From positions 21,638,001 to 21,702,000 of the forward strand of contig OZ024764.1 in assembly GCA_964016885.1 (NCBI GenBank): a stretch of DNA of 64,000 nt. Reading direction: 5' to 3'. This document shows, piece after piece, positions 23,631 through 36,604 of this stretch (the first letter of the stretch is position 1; every line of letters starts with the position of its first letter). Below the pieces are notes generated by a model. It saw only the letters and a program-made list of their open reading frames with translations, had not been told where the DNA came from and did not search any database. The stretch comes from Eledone cirrhosa (Eukaryota). Both the position numbers and the translations under genes were made by a program.

Positions 23631-25568
23631 GAGGCATAACAAACTGAGGGTTGCCCAAGGTCCACATAGGTCACGTGTTGTCTGAGGGTTGCACACTACA
23701 ACTAATTATGTACATTACAACTAATTAAGGTCATTTAATAAAATATATTGCAGAAAGATTTGTTACTTAAATTTAGAAACATACAATGTACATACAAATG
23801 TTTTAGCAGCATTCATGAATACAAAGTAATGAAGTAGTTTGACAAAAAACTAAAATTTAACATGTCAACATATACTTGCAGATTGTAACAGCAACAAATA
23901 CATTGTACACAAATAACAACAGTTGAAAACTGAACATTTATTTGCTACTATTCAACCATTTTTAGTCTTTTGTCCTGAGGCTTGACACTTCTTTTTGTTG
24001 ACAATTTTTGGTATGTCTGGCTGAAATGTTTGTACAGTTCCAACTTTGATCAGATGACAAGTGTTGATCAGTCAGCCTTGTTCTCTGAGAAGTTTTTGTT
24101 AACTTCATGAAGGAAAATAACTGTCCACTCACATAGGTAGAACCAAACATTGCCATAATCTTGGTGACAAACTTTCTGATGTTAATAAACTTTTCAGGAA
24201 GGTATGGAAAGAAACCAGGTATCCCCACTACAAGATACTTTGTTCTGAGTGTAGAATCTGACTGCATTTCCAATAGTTCCATCTGCAGGCATTCTTCTGC
24301 CTTCATCAAAGGTGAATGGTGCTGAGAATAATGTAAACTGATGTTCAAAAAATGAGAAATCACAAAATCTTTCTTGAAATTTCTTTAACAACAATTCCAG
24401 CTGACTGTCATACTTAGCTAAGCTAAATACAGACTCAGTATTGGCAGTGTTTTTCAGTTCTTTGCACATAGGGAAATGAACTAAATTTTCATCTGACAAC
24501 GGAGATTTCCATAAGCTTAGTTTTCTAATGAAGCACTTGATGTCATCATTCAACTGATTGATGGGTTTGTTTTTACCTTGTAATTTCAAATTAAGATCAG
24601 TTAATTGTGCAGTAATATCCACAGCAAAAATCAGGTGTTGGAGCCAACTTTCATCTTTTATTTCATCTGTGTTTTAACCTTTTATCTCCAAAAACACAAT
24701 TATTTCTTGTCTCAACAAATAGAATCTTTTCAGCACTTTGTGACATGTCAACCAGCAGACTTCTGTGTAGAATGGAACATCAGTGAACTGATTATCCATA
24801 TCTTCTAATAGAAACATGTTCAAACCTTGATGATACAGCCTTTAACTGTTGTTTCAGATCACCTGACATTTCATTAATCTGTTCAGCAACAGTGTTCCTG
24901 GTTAATGAAATGTCTTTGAATAACTCTGCTTTCTCTGGACAATTTCAGCTGTTTTTACAAGACATTGCTTTACAAAATCTCCTTCACTGTAAGATTTCCC
25001 ACTCATGGCAATCATTTGACTGAGTTCATAGCTTGCAGTAACGGAAGTGACATTCTCTTCCTGAATTAACATAAAACAGGTCTGTTGCTGTGTCAAGTTA
25101 GACTTCAATTCCTTGAGTCTTGAAACTCACATTGGGCCTTAATATTTATCGTAAGATCGGGGGTTTGTTTCATGATGTCTTTTTGAATTGTACTCTTTTG
25201 GCGTGGAGATGTAGTTGTTGCAAATTAAACAGTGTATCTTTCTGTTCACCATTGGGCAAAAATACTGTAATTCCCACTTTTCTTGAAACACTTGCCCTTC
25301 TTCGTTCAATTTCCTTTTTCTCTTAGCTGGAGGAGCACTAACCATTTCAAAAACGAAATCTTTTGAAATTTTGAAAGAAAGTATTCTGTTAATGAGCTGC
25401 ACGTGATTAATGGAAGTTAAAAGTAGTTGACAAAATTTGCAAAAAAAAAATAATTGTATCGAAAATGTTTTAAATTTTATATTACGAAAATGAAACATGC
25501 TCGCACTGTAAAAACCTAAGTGTGGGCCGCAGGTTTGCTTGCCAAGGTCCGCATGTTTGACATGTCTG
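23631..25568 (-). mobile_element. hAT transposon (Charlie/SPIN/GTF2IRD2-like), internally deleted
   Basis: 8-bp TSD ATGTAGGT at 23623-23630 and 25569-25576. Ends gaggcataacaaac / gtttgacatgtctg. Motifs FQEKWELQYF..CLIC..KRHHETN, LNLKLQGK, MFGSTY...LFSFMK. Confidence 0.92.
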
Positions 25569-25699
25569 ATGTAGGTTACCAACACTAGGGAGGGCAGCAT
25601 GTCCTTCAGTGTGTTCTGCTACATTAACTACCAGGAGGTCACCACATGAGACAAAGACTACATTTCAAAGAAGGGTCATAAAAGAACTAAATACGAAAG

Positions 25700-26132
25700 T
25701 ACCCACAGCAACAAGCAAATAATTGAGCTTTGGGTCTAGGTCAAGGGGCAGAAGTGCTGCGCCCTGTGGATAAGACTGCAAAAGTATTCGCCCCGGGCGA
25801 TGGACAGTGACACCCACTGCAACAGCCACCCCAACCTCATGGGACTCCCTCTTCAGAAGGGCCACCAACGTTCTGATCTTACAGAGGAGCTTGGCAGTAC
25901 GGGGTCCAAGTACTTCTGAGGTCTCGTTGGTGACCGGTGTGAAGAGACCTACAATTGATGTCATCCCAGTTATGTTGGACTGTAATATACTAGGGTATAG
26001 AGAGGCCTTAACTTGTCTCAGCCGGGCCACCCAGGGTTGTGTCATCTAGGTACTAGACAGGGGTGACTAGACCATGTTGTCAACTGTCACCACCAATAGG
26101 AGTGAGGCGAGTGGGTCCCCTTGCGAGACACC
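25700..26132 (-). mobile_element. Second CRE-type lineage, internally deleted fragment
   Basis: Minus strand GVSQGDPL..YLDDTTLGGP joined to FTPVTNETSEVLGPRTAKLL..WLLQWVSLSIARG. Confidence 0.7.
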
Positions 26133-26380
26133 ATATATAAAAACGTATTTGCTAATTACTTTAATGAATAATTTGTTTCATACGTAATTATTACTTTTAA
26201 CACAATAGGATTTTGTACACGTGTTTGTTTGAAAACATCTTTCAAAGAAGTATGAGACAGTCTTTTGTAGTGTTTATTATAATAAATTACTGTATGTTGA
26301 GCTGTTTTAACTTCTCCACCTTCTATTATTTTATATTGTTTTTGTAAAAAAACGAGATCTTTTTCATATATATATATGAA

Positions 26381-26592
26381 GGCGTGTGGCTGAGTGGTTA
26401 GAGAATTGGATTCGGAATTGTGAGGTTGTGAGTTCGATTCTCAGACTGGGCGATGCGTTATGTCCGTGAGCAAGACATTTTATTTCACGTTGCTCCTTCT
26501 ACCTGGAGTTGCGACCGATAGATAGTATTAGCAATTGGAAAGACCAATGGAAACATTGTTTCCTCGGTCCGATTTGACGAAAAGTAGATCAT
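26381..26592 (+). mobile_element. tRNA-derived SINE, full head
   Basis: A box TGGCTGAGTGG, B box GTTCGATTC, central GAGCAAGACA motif. Confidence 0.85.
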
Positions 26593-26649
26593 AAAAAATA
26601 TATATAGAGCGAGAGAGAGAAACACAAACATACACTACTGTATTACATA

Positions 26650-27176
26650 TGTAAGGGGAGATAACTCTCGTTACATCCCCCCCCCCCTTCTTTTTGATAT
26701 ACGTCCTTTAAATACTTAGTTCAATGGAACCTGCTTTATTTTGTGTCCTAAGTAGATTTCTGTTTAAGTATTTACGCGATTCACAATGATTCACGTAGAG
26801 ACCCCAGTTAGTGATGTTTTTCTCTCCCTCCCACATCCTACATGCTGTAGTAAAAGTGAGGGTCACTGCTTCTGTAGACGAACGAAATAAAAGTTAAACT
26901 ACCAGTAATTATCGGCAAAGTATTTATTCCAGTCTGTGATGTTTGAGAAGCTGGGCTGCTGACCACGAAGTTGTGGTCACTGTTGGCAGCTGGCTTTACA
27001 GAAGTACCCGATGACTCTTGTGAGGGTACTTAGCTGTTCTGGCAACTTAGCCTCCATATGACCCGATCTTACCGAGATACCCGGTGATCTCTGTAAGAGT
27101 ACTTAGCTGTCCTATTTTAATTACATTTACTGATTTAAACTTTCATTTTTTATATTACAAACTTTACATAATTTAA
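26650..27176. repeat. Deleted duplicate of 2191-3092 (mini-LTR, CRE remnant); promoter absent
   Basis: Matches 2191-2335, then 2716-3092; breaks at taatttaa, just before the promoter motifs. Confidence 0.8.
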
Positions 27177-27657
27177 GCTGAACACCGATGGCTACATCCA
27201 CGTTCTGAGCGAGGTAGTAAAGCCCTGGATCGACCAGGTAGCTGCAGGTAGGCTGTACGTGTGGCAGCAAGACCCAAGCCTTGCTGTCAGAGAACTTCGT
27301 CGACCACACTTCACCTGACATCTGGCCTCCCAGCTTGCCTGACTGCAACCCCCTCGACTTCTTTGTGTGGGGCGCAGTGGAACGAGACACCAACAGATGT
27401 AGCTGCAATACGAAAGACGATCTGAAGGCCAGCATCACAAGTGCCTTTAGGGGCCTAAGTCGGGGGACAGTGGCAAAGGCCTGTAGCTGGTTCCGAGGCC
27501 GTCATCAAAGCCAATGGCTGGTTTATGGAGTGAGATCGAAAGAACAAGTCATGAAGACAAACTGACAGAAGTTTGATAAATATATCTTAAAAAATAAAAC
27601 TACTGTCTTATTTTTTCCTAGACAGTAATCTTGCGAACAAATATCGTCCGCACCCTG
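27177..27657 (+). mobile_element. Tc1/mariner-superfamily (maT/DD37D-like) 3' fragment
   Basis: WPPSLPDCNPLDFFVWG motif; terminal CACCCTG followed by TA. Confidence 0.8.
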
Positions 27658-27756
27658 TATATATGTGTGTGTGTCTGTGGCCTTAATACCCTAGTCACAG
27701 ACACACTCATACAAACGCACACACACACACACAAGTAATAATTTCGTTCAACAACA

Positions 27757-28885
27757 TGAGGGTGTGGGGGCATATTGTCTATATGCTTCAGCTTGTACCC
27801 GTGGGGTGGTCGGGTCTTCTGTATTACTGCATGACGCCAGAGGTCACGGTCGTGTGTCATCGCCTTTGAGAGGTGTAATTGGGTAAGGTCGGCTTTTATC
27901 ACCTCATCCCAGGTCTTCTTGGGTCTCCCCACGGCTTCCATCGACTTCTAGTGCTCTGCACCTTTTTATGCAGCTGTCATCCTTCATACGGATCACATGT
28001 CCATACCAACGCAACCGCCTCTCCTGCACACAGCATTTGATTCCTCTTATGCTCAGTCTCTCTCTCAATTCGTTTATGCTTTGCCGTTCACGTATATTAC
28101 TATTACACATCCAACAGAGCATGCAGGCTTCGTTTCTTTCTAATCTACGTAAGTCTTCCACCTTCAGCGCCCAGGTCTCACTACCATGTAACATTGCTGT
28201 TTGTATGCACGCATCATACAGTCATGAACTTTTTCCATCCCATTCTTACCCTAGTTATTGTACTTTCCGAACACCCACCTCCGCTCCTAATTCGGTCACC
28301 TGGGTAGCAAGAGCTGTCTACTGTTTCTACAGAGCCCTCTCAGAGATTGGTGGTACTTATTTCCTGTGGCTGTTTGCTGCTTGCTGTCCCAGCACAACTG
28401 CTACATGTGAAGCATGCTACATTCTTAATTAAGCTTCCTGAGATCCCGCTACATCTCTTGTGTACCCATTGTTTGTATTTGGGGCAGAGGATGGAGTTCC
28501 TACCTACACCTTTCCCACATACTAAGCAAGGCCATTTCCCTGAGGGGATCTGGGTTCTGCTTTCTCGTCTACTTACAAGGACCTTAGTCTTTGTCAGGTT
28601 GACTTTGAGACCCTTTCTTTCTAGTCGCTGCTTCCAAGTTTGGAATTTCTTCTCTAGTTCTACCATAGAGTCAGCTATAAGTGTGAGGTCATCAGCATAC
28701 AGGAGTTCCCATGGGCATCCGGTCTTAAACTCCTCCGTTATTGCCTGCAGAACTATGATGAACAGGAGAGGGCTAAGAACAGAGCCCTGGTGGACACTGA
28801 CCCGTATGCTAAATTCCTCTCTCTAGTCATTGCTAATGCTAACTCTGCTGACTGCTCCCCTATACATGGCTGGTACAGCTTTCAC
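27757..28885 (-). mobile_element. RTE LINE 3' fragment (RT end, PHD-like finger, thumb)
   Basis: QGSVLSP, LLYADD, CLVC..C..WVHKRC..CSSC, LHGSETW, WYGHV. Confidence 0.9.
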
Positions 28886-29026
28886 ATTTCGGGGTCAACT
28901 TCCTTTCAAACTATTTTCCCATTATGCCCCGTTTTAGCTGTATTACATTAGAGACAAGACACAATCACAGAGTTTTAGGTTTATAATGTTATAGTATCAT
29001 GATAGGGTAATACAGTTATTTATAGA
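28886..29026 (-). mobile_element. Helitron family 2 5' end
   Basis: Matches 11165-11299; minus strand starts TCTATAAATA. Confidence 0.55.
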
Positions 29027-29037
29027 CCTGTGGTAAA

Positions 29038-29170
29038 TGTTGGTTCAGTACACCCTGGGGGATGTTAGTGTTGGTTCAGTCCACTCTGGGGGGTGTTAGT
29101 GTTGGTTCAGTCCACCCTGGGGAGTGTAAGTGTTGGTTCAGTCTACCCTGAGGGGTGTCAGTGTTGGTCA
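29038..29170. repeat. ~31-bp minisatellite, about 4 copies
   Basis: gtgttggttcagtccaccctgggg repeated. Confidence 0.8.
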
Positions 29171-29189
29171 ATGATAACCTTTATAACTT

Positions 29190-29600
29190 GAGACCTGTTG
29201 GTGAGGACAAGCTGGAAGTGGTGACATCTTTCTGCTACCTGTGTGACATGTCAGCTGGAAGTGGAGCCAAGTTCACTGCCATCGTGCTGTGCCTCTCCAC
29301 AGGTAACAAGTTTAGGCAGCTTCTCCTAATCCTCAAGACATGCTGGCTACCATTAGTCACCATGGGGCAGATTTATAACACCTGTGGGAGAAGTGTGTTG
29401 TTTCATGCCACCGAGACCTGGGCCATGTTATCTGACTGTCTGAATTGACTCTGAAGAAATGACAGAGCTATGATCCACTGGATGTCTAGTGTGACCATTG
29501 AGGATGATGTCAGCTCAACTGAGCTCCTAAAAAAACTGCTGATCGACAACCTCAAGGATGTGTTTCACAGGAGACACATGCACTGGTATGGCCATGTTGT
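29190..29600 (+). mobile_element. Diverged RTE C-terminal fragment
   Basis: LEVVTSFCYL..KFRQLL..LFHATETW..WYGHV. Confidence 0.7.
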
Positions 29601-29604
29601 GCAT

Positions 29605-32076
29605 TCTCTCTCAACTCATCTATGCCTGGTCGTTGATGCACATTGACATTGCACATCCAACGGAGCATACTTGCTTCATTTTTCTCCAGCCGTTGCATAT
29701 CCTCTGCAGTTGCTGTCCGTGTCTCACTACCGTGCAGCATCACACATCTCACGCAGGCATCACCAGCCATTCGTTCTTAGAGAGAAACTCTTCTTTGTCA
29801 ACAGAGGAAGCAGCCCCCTAAACTTCTTCCAACCCGTCCTTATTCTAGATACTATGGCATCTGGGCACCCTCCTCCCATGCTAATTTGATCACCTAGGTA
29901 TCGGAAGCTATCAACCACTTCTATAGAACCTATCTGCATTGGAAAAAATGTGTCTATCACTGCGACTTCTACTGTCAAATTTCCCTGTACATCTACTGCA
30001 TATGTAGTTTTCCCTACCTGTTAGTTTGCCTGCTATCCCACTACATTTCTTGTGTACCCAAAATCTGCATTGTGTACATTATAGAATTTATGCCAGTTCC
30101 TTTTCTACATATTAAACAAGGCCATTTCCCTGATGGAATGACAGTTTTGTCCTCTTTTCTACTTCCCATGGGCACCTAGTCTTAAACTCCTCTGTTATGA
30201 CTTGGAGGACTATAATGAACAAGAGCGGGCTGAGGACCGAACCCTGATGTACTCCTGCATCTGTAATTCCTCACTAAACTCCATGCCTACCCTCACTTTA
30301 CTGACAGCACCTCTGTACATAGCTTGCACTGTCTTCACAAACTATTCCTCTACACCTAGTTTCCTTAGGGACCACCAGATGACAGATTGGGGTACTCTAT
30401 CAAAGGCCTTCTCTAGGTCAACAAAAACTAAGTATAGTGGTTTTCTTCTCTAAGAACCTCTCTTGTAGTTGTCTCACTAAGAAGAGGGCATCTGTTTGAC
30501 TCTTTCTCTAAGTTGCGCTAGTATTCTTTCTGTCACTTTCATAACCTGATCCATCAGTTTTATACCCCTATAATTACTCCCCTCCAGAACATACCCTTTA
30601 CCTTTACCTCAAATTATGAGAATACTGCTGCACCAGTCTTTGGGTATGACATCACCATATATAGCTTGATTTATGATGCATGCAACCAGTTTAATTCCTA
30701 CTTCTCTTGATGCCTTCAGCATCTCAGCAACTATCACCAACAGTCCAGCGGACTTACCATTTTCATTTCCTTAATTACCTCTTGCACCCTATAGTCGTCA
30801 ATCTCAATAGCTGGTCCTTCTGTCGGGTCTACTGAAGGTAGCTCCCCTCCTATTCATTCTCCACATTCATCAGTCTCTCATAATGACATTTCCAGGCCTC
30901 CTTTTTTTTGAGAATCAGTGACACTAAGTGCACCAACATCCTGATTTACACTGACACACTGCCTTGCAATGCGGAACACTGCACATCTCTGATCTCCCCA
31001 TCGCAGGACATTGGCAAACCTTCTACTCTCAGCCTCCCTGCATGTTAAGTAAACATGACATCTAGCTTCTCTCTTCGCGGCTGTGAATCGGTCTCTACCC
31101 CTACCATTTTTCCAAGCCTTTTGCCTCTAATGGCTCTATCTACCATGCTGTTCCACCACCAGGTCACCCTCTGTCTGGTTGGAGCTCTGCTCCAGCCACA
31201 AGTTTCTTCAGTAACATGCAGTAAGTTGTCACGTAAGAAATTCCAGTTATCGTCCATGTCATAGGACTCTAAATCGTCTTCTTTTTCGTCATACACATCT
31301 TGAAGGGCTTCCCTAATTTATATTTTAGTGAAAGGTCTTTTAGTTTCCAGACCTTCCTTTTTCACACTTTCTTGTATGTCTCTCTTTGTCTCTTGCTTAC
31401 TGAGATGTCACTAACGACTAACCTATGTTGGGGGGTTACATTGTTCCCTGGGGTATGCCTTAGTATTTGACACCATCTATCTCTCTTCCTGCCTAACTAG
31501 CAAGAAGTCAATCTGTTTCAGGTGTTCACCTGATTGGTAGGTTATTAGGTGGTTGGTAGGTTTCTTGAAGTGTTGCAAATGGTTAGTTCACTTGCATCAC
31601 AAAATACAAGAAGCCTCACTCCTTTTTCATTTCTTGAGCCATAACCATGACCACCATGTACCCCAGTGTATCCATCCTGCAGCTGTCCAACATGACCATT
31701 GAAGTCCCCTGCTATTATAACTAGGTCTCTGTCATTGTGGTTATCTCTACTTATTCCTTTTCTACATATGGAGCAGGGCCACTTTCCTGAAGGGGTCAGG
31801 GTCTTCTCTCCTATCCATTAGCACTTTAGTTTTGGCTAAGTATATTCTCAGAACTTATCATTTCAAATTCTATATCTATAGTTGGTCATCTACATAGAGA
31901 AGTTTCCATAGACAGCCAGTCTTAAACCTCTCTGTTATGGCTTGGAGAACTATGATGAACAACAGTGGGCTAAGAAATAAACCACGATGAACACCTACCT
32001 GTACCTTCAATTCCTCACTAAACACACTTTACTGACAGCTTCTCACAAGCCATTCTTCTACACCTAATTTCTTTAA
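29605..32076 (-). mobile_element. Degenerate RTE LINE(s): APE-RT-PHD remnant plus a second RT fragment
   Basis: AGDFNGHVG, VTWWWN, FVDLEKAFDRVP, SFRYLGD, LHGSET, with many stops and deletions. Confidence 0.85.
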
Positions 32077-32284
32077 CCCTTTAGTATATAAACTGGCCAT
32101 ATCTGGCCAGAATTCTCCCCCATCTTTCTGTTCAAACTGGCCGTAACTGGTCATTTATACTTATGTTAAGGTATTGTTCTCAAAATAAATAACATGAAAA
32201 TCTCATAGATTTGATATTATGTGAGATAAAGCATTTACTGTGAAAATATAATAGTAAATATAGAGTAATGTGAATACTAAAGTG
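32077..32284. mobile_element. piggyBac-type MITE, 208 bp
   Basis: TTAA|CCCTTTAGTAT ... ATACTAAAGTG|TTAA: 11-bp TIR with one mismatch and TTAA TSD. Confidence 0.75.
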
Positions 32285-32582
32285 TTAATCTAATGTCACT
32301 AATAACTACTTTTATCAGTCAGTATAATCTAATGTCACTAATAACTACTTTTATCAGTCAGTATAATCTAATGTCACTAATAACTACTTTTATCAGTCAG
32401 TATAATCTAAAGTCACTAATAACTACTTTTATCAGTCAGTATAATCTAAAGTCACTAATAACTACTTTTATCAGTCAGTATAATCTAAAGTCACTAATAA
32501 CTACTTTTATCTGTCAGTATAATCTAAAGTCACTAATAACTACTTTTATCAGTCAGTATAATCTACTACCACTAATAACTAA
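32285..32582. repeat. 39-bp satellite, short array (~7.5 copies)
   Basis: Unit taatctaatgtcactaataactacttttatcagtcagta. Confidence 0.95.
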
Positions 32583-33543
32583 CCTATGTTAGTCAGCACA
32601 TTCTTCACCAAGGAAGGCCTTAGTATTTATTACAGTCCATTTATCAATATAGAAATATTATATGAAATTTGTACTGATGTATTACAAGTTTCTGAGTATC
32701 TTATAATGTTCTTTTATTATTTCAGAATACCAGAGGACATTGGCATTAAAGAGCACATTACATCAGACATATCCTCAATATTAACCATTTCTAATGAAAG
32801 ACACTACCCATCATTTTCAAATAATTTTGAAAACACTCAACACTTTGAAGGGATTTAGTAATATAACTATATTTTTCAGTATTAAGCTGCTATTTGGAAC
32901 ATAACTTTGCACAATTTCATGAAGTTATAATGGAAAGTTTTTAGATACATATAAAGACTGATATGAAAAGGTTAAAACACTTTTATATCAGTTGTTTCAT
33001 CAACACCATTATTTAAAGACTAAAGGAAGCTGTTATACAGAACAGATACAACATTGTTTATATAAATCTATGGGGGAAATACTGGAAAATATTTCTTGTA
33101 AACTCAATAACACTTCTATTCTTTGCTGTCTAGAATATGTAGAAGATACAAAATAAAGCTGAAGAAATTCACAAATGATTTTGTAAGATCTTCATATATT
33201 GACAAAGATAATAGTAGATGGAACTACAGGAGTAGAAATATTTCCAGTATTACAGGAATAACTAATCAAATAAAAACCAGAAAAATTAGATTCTTCGTTT
33301 TCTGGAATTTGTACAAAATGGTTTCATATGTATATTAAACTTGAAGCGATCTACAAAACAGTTTGTATCATCTTTAAATATAAAGAAAGACCAAAGTTGA
33401 TGTAAATATATCTGGAGGAATATGTTTTAGGAATAATATTATAAACATAAAGAAGAAAAATATCCATATATTGACAGAAGAAAAATATTAAAACTGTGAA
33501 TTATGTGAGAAACTGAGGTCATTGATATCTTTTAGTAGGAGAT

Positions 33544-34407
33544 ATGTCGAAAAATATAGTAAAATCACCATTCCACTGTGATATCTGTGGTAAATCATTC
33601 TCTCGTAGTAATCAGCTAACTACTCACAAACGTAGTCATACAGGAGAGAAGCCTTATCACTGTGAAATCTGTGGTAAATCATTCAGTTACGGTAGTAGCA
33701 TCAGAGTTCACAAACATATTCATACAGGAGAGAAGCCACATCACTGTGACATCTGTAGTAAATCATTCTCTTGCAGAGATAGCTTAACTAATCACAAACG
33801 TATTCATACAGGAGAGAAACCATATCACTGTGACATCTGTGGTAAATCATTCAGTCAGAGTAATAACTTAACTACTCACAAACGTATTCATACAGGAGAG
33901 AAGCCACATCACTGTGACATCTGTAGTAAATCATTCTCTTGCAGAGATAGCTTAACTAATCACAAACATATTCATACAGGAGAGAAGCCATATCAGTGTG
34001 ACATCTATGGTAATTCATTCTCTCATAGTAATAACCTAACTACTCACAAACGTACTCATACAGGAGAGAAGCCATATCACTGTGACATCTGTGGTAAATC
34101 ATTCGCTGACAGAAGTTGCTTAGCTACCCACAGACGTACTCATACAGGAGAGAAGCCATATCACTGTGACATCTGTGGTAAATCATTCTCTCGTAGTAAT
34201 CACCTAACTATCCACAAACGTACTCATACAGGAGAGAAGCCATATCACTGTGACATCTGTGGTAAATCATTCTCTCATAGTAATCACCTAACTATCCACA
34301 AACGTACTCATACAGGAGAGAAGCCATATCACTGTGACATCTGTGGTAAATCATTCTCTCAAAGTGGTAACTTAACCAAGCATGTGCGTATTAATACAGA
34401 AGTTTAG
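33544..34407 (+). CDS. C2H2 zinc-finger protein, subtype A, 287 aa, 10 finger units (8 canonical)
   Basis: Intact ORF with TGEKP linkers. Finger 6 has C>Y; finger 10 lacks the last His. No effector domain. Acceptor at 32725; AATAAA at 34668. Confidence 0.9.
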   Translation: MSKNIVKSPFHCDICGKSFSRSNQLTTHKRSHTGEKPYHCEICGKSFSYGSSIRVHKHIHTGEKPHHCDICSKSFSCRDSLTNHKRIHTGEKPYHCDICGKSFSQSNNLTTHKRIHTGEKPHHCDICSKSFSCRDSLTNHKHIHTGEKPYQCDIYGNSFSHSNNLTTHKRTHTGEKPYHCDICGKSFADRSCLATHRRTHTGEKPYHCDICGKSFSRSNHLTIHKRTHTGEKPYHCDICGKSFSHSNHLTIHKRTHTGEKPYHCDICGKSFSQSGNLTKHVRINTEV

Positions 34408-34869
34408 CTGTGTCAATATGAAACTCATTACATCATACTACAACAAATGTGTAGATCCATCATCCTTGCTAAAACTGGGGTCAACCTTGTAGGTTTTACC
34501 TAGGACAGGGATCATAAACACCAGGTTTCCATTTTTGAAGTAGTGTTTGAAGATTTTGTGTAAATTGAAGTTTTTCACATTAAACTTTGATTTATTATAC
34601 TTTAACAGGTAAGATATATATTTGTATTTTTAGTAAAGGTTGGGAACTTCTGTAATTTAAACCTGCCAATAAAATGAAAACTTTTTTTGTTGTTAGTCAG
34701 ACATTGATATTAATTCTATTGTCCTGTACATTGTCTCAAATATCACAGATTAAACAGATTTTAACAATATCAACAGAAATCAATAACTTGTAAGCCTAAT
34801 ATTTAGCTTCCATTTTAACTATTTGATATTGTTGTTCCCCTCCTGTCTCTTCAGGTCTTTTAGATTTCA

Positions 34870-35640
34870 ACTTCTATCTACTGTACTATTCCATCACCAA
34901 GGCAACATTCATCTGGCTGGCAGCTTACATCAGCTACAGATCTCATCAGTGGTTCACAACAGGCTGTCTGAAAGAAACTTGCAGATATCTTCTATGTCAT
35001 AGCTATCAATCTCCTCCTCCTTATCATATTTATAATGTAGAACATCTCTGAATTTATATTTAACAGGGAGATCTTTTACCGTCCCTACCCTTTTCTCTAG
35101 GTTGTCTTGTATCTCTCTCACAGTCCCTATATATATCTTATATTTAACAGGGAGATCTTTTACTATCCCTACCCTTTTCTCTAGATTGTCTTGTATCTCT
35201 TTCACAGTCCCTCTAGATCTTATATTTAACAGGGAGATCTTTTACTAGCCCTACCCTTTTCTCTAGGTTTTCTTTTACCTCTCTCACAGTCCCTCTAGAT
35301 CTTATATTTAACAGGGAGATCTTTTACTCTCCAACCCTTTTCTCTAGGTCGTCTTGTACCTCCCTCACAATCCCTGTAGATCTTATATTTAACAGGGAGA
35401 TCTTTTACTCTCCAACCCTTCTACAGATAGTCTTGTATATGTCATTCCCTCTAGATCTTACACCTCGTATCTAGTCTATGTTGAGTGGTACGTCCTTCTC
35501 CAGTAAAGGAGTTAATATTCCCAACCATCTGTCTATCCTGTTTTCTGATGAGAATGAAGTCAATCTAGTTTATCTCTTCACCTGATTGAAGTAACTAGAT
35601 CAAGTAACTAGATGGTTTCCTGTAAGTTAGTGTTGCAGTG
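34870..35640 (-). mobile_element. RTE remnant with 82-bp minisatellite (~5 units)
   Basis: Paralog of 18570-19410. Confidence 0.75.
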
Positions 35641-36243
35641 TTTGTGTCACCATGTAAGGTTTATATCTATTAATATAGAGATGTAGTAAAGTTTTCACTG
35701 TTGTATCTCTATTTTCTAAATATCTTAATAATGTTTCTCTACTATTTCAGAATATCACATGACCTTGACAGAAAAGAGTCTTTTAAAGACAACAGAAAGA
35801 TGTTATATACAAGTGATATAAACTTGTTTTTATTCTGTGGTGAATTATGGTGAAATATTTCTTCTGAATTGAGATAAATATTTTCCTTTTTCACTGTCTG
35901 CAATATTTACAAGATGATTTTACATTCTGATTAAACTTTAGATATTTCCAAAGGAGTTTTCAAAATATTTGGATATTGACAAAGATCACATTTGGTAAAA
36001 ATTATGAACAATAGAAATATTTACATCAACATAGGAATATTTTCCAGAAGAGATGGGAAAATCATTATACCACTGTAATATTTGTGGTAAAGTATTCTCT
36101 ATTCTTTATATGTAGAACATCTAACTAAACACTTTAACTAACAAACTATTGTGCTATAAAATTGACAAACTTGAGCAATGTTTAATAAATGTTACAGATT
36201 TCTCCAAACTGTCGTTTACTAACTTTAATTTGAAGCTATGTTA

Positions 36244-36604
36244 TCTATATACTACTAAAACTCTGTAATTGTGTCTTGTCTAATTTAATACAGCTAAAAC
36301 AGTGCATAATGGGGAAATACTTTGAAAGGAATAAAACAATTTTTGTATAAATTGGAGCACAGGTTCCCAAGATACAAGGTTTTCTGGGTACCTTTATATA
36401 TATAGGGAGAGAAAGAGATAGTGGTTGTGAGAGTGAGGAGACAGATGGAAGAGAGAGAGAGCTGGTGGTGTTGTTTAATAAAATGTGTGTGTGTGTATAT
36501 ATATATACGTATGTGTATATTTTAACTATTTAAAAATCATTTTTAAATGACTTTTAAAAAATAGTTTTATTGGAACGTGACCCAACAGGTCCCGGGTGGT
36601 CTAG
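36244..36604 (+). mobile_element. Non-autonomous Helitron family 2, 361 bp
   Basis: A|TCTATATAC start; GACC-CAACA-GGTC hairpin; CTAG|T end. Confidence 0.85.

Noticed and set aside
26381-26455. tRNA gene
   Set aside because: A and B boxes continue into a SINE body repeated elsewhere; no convincing cloverleaf.
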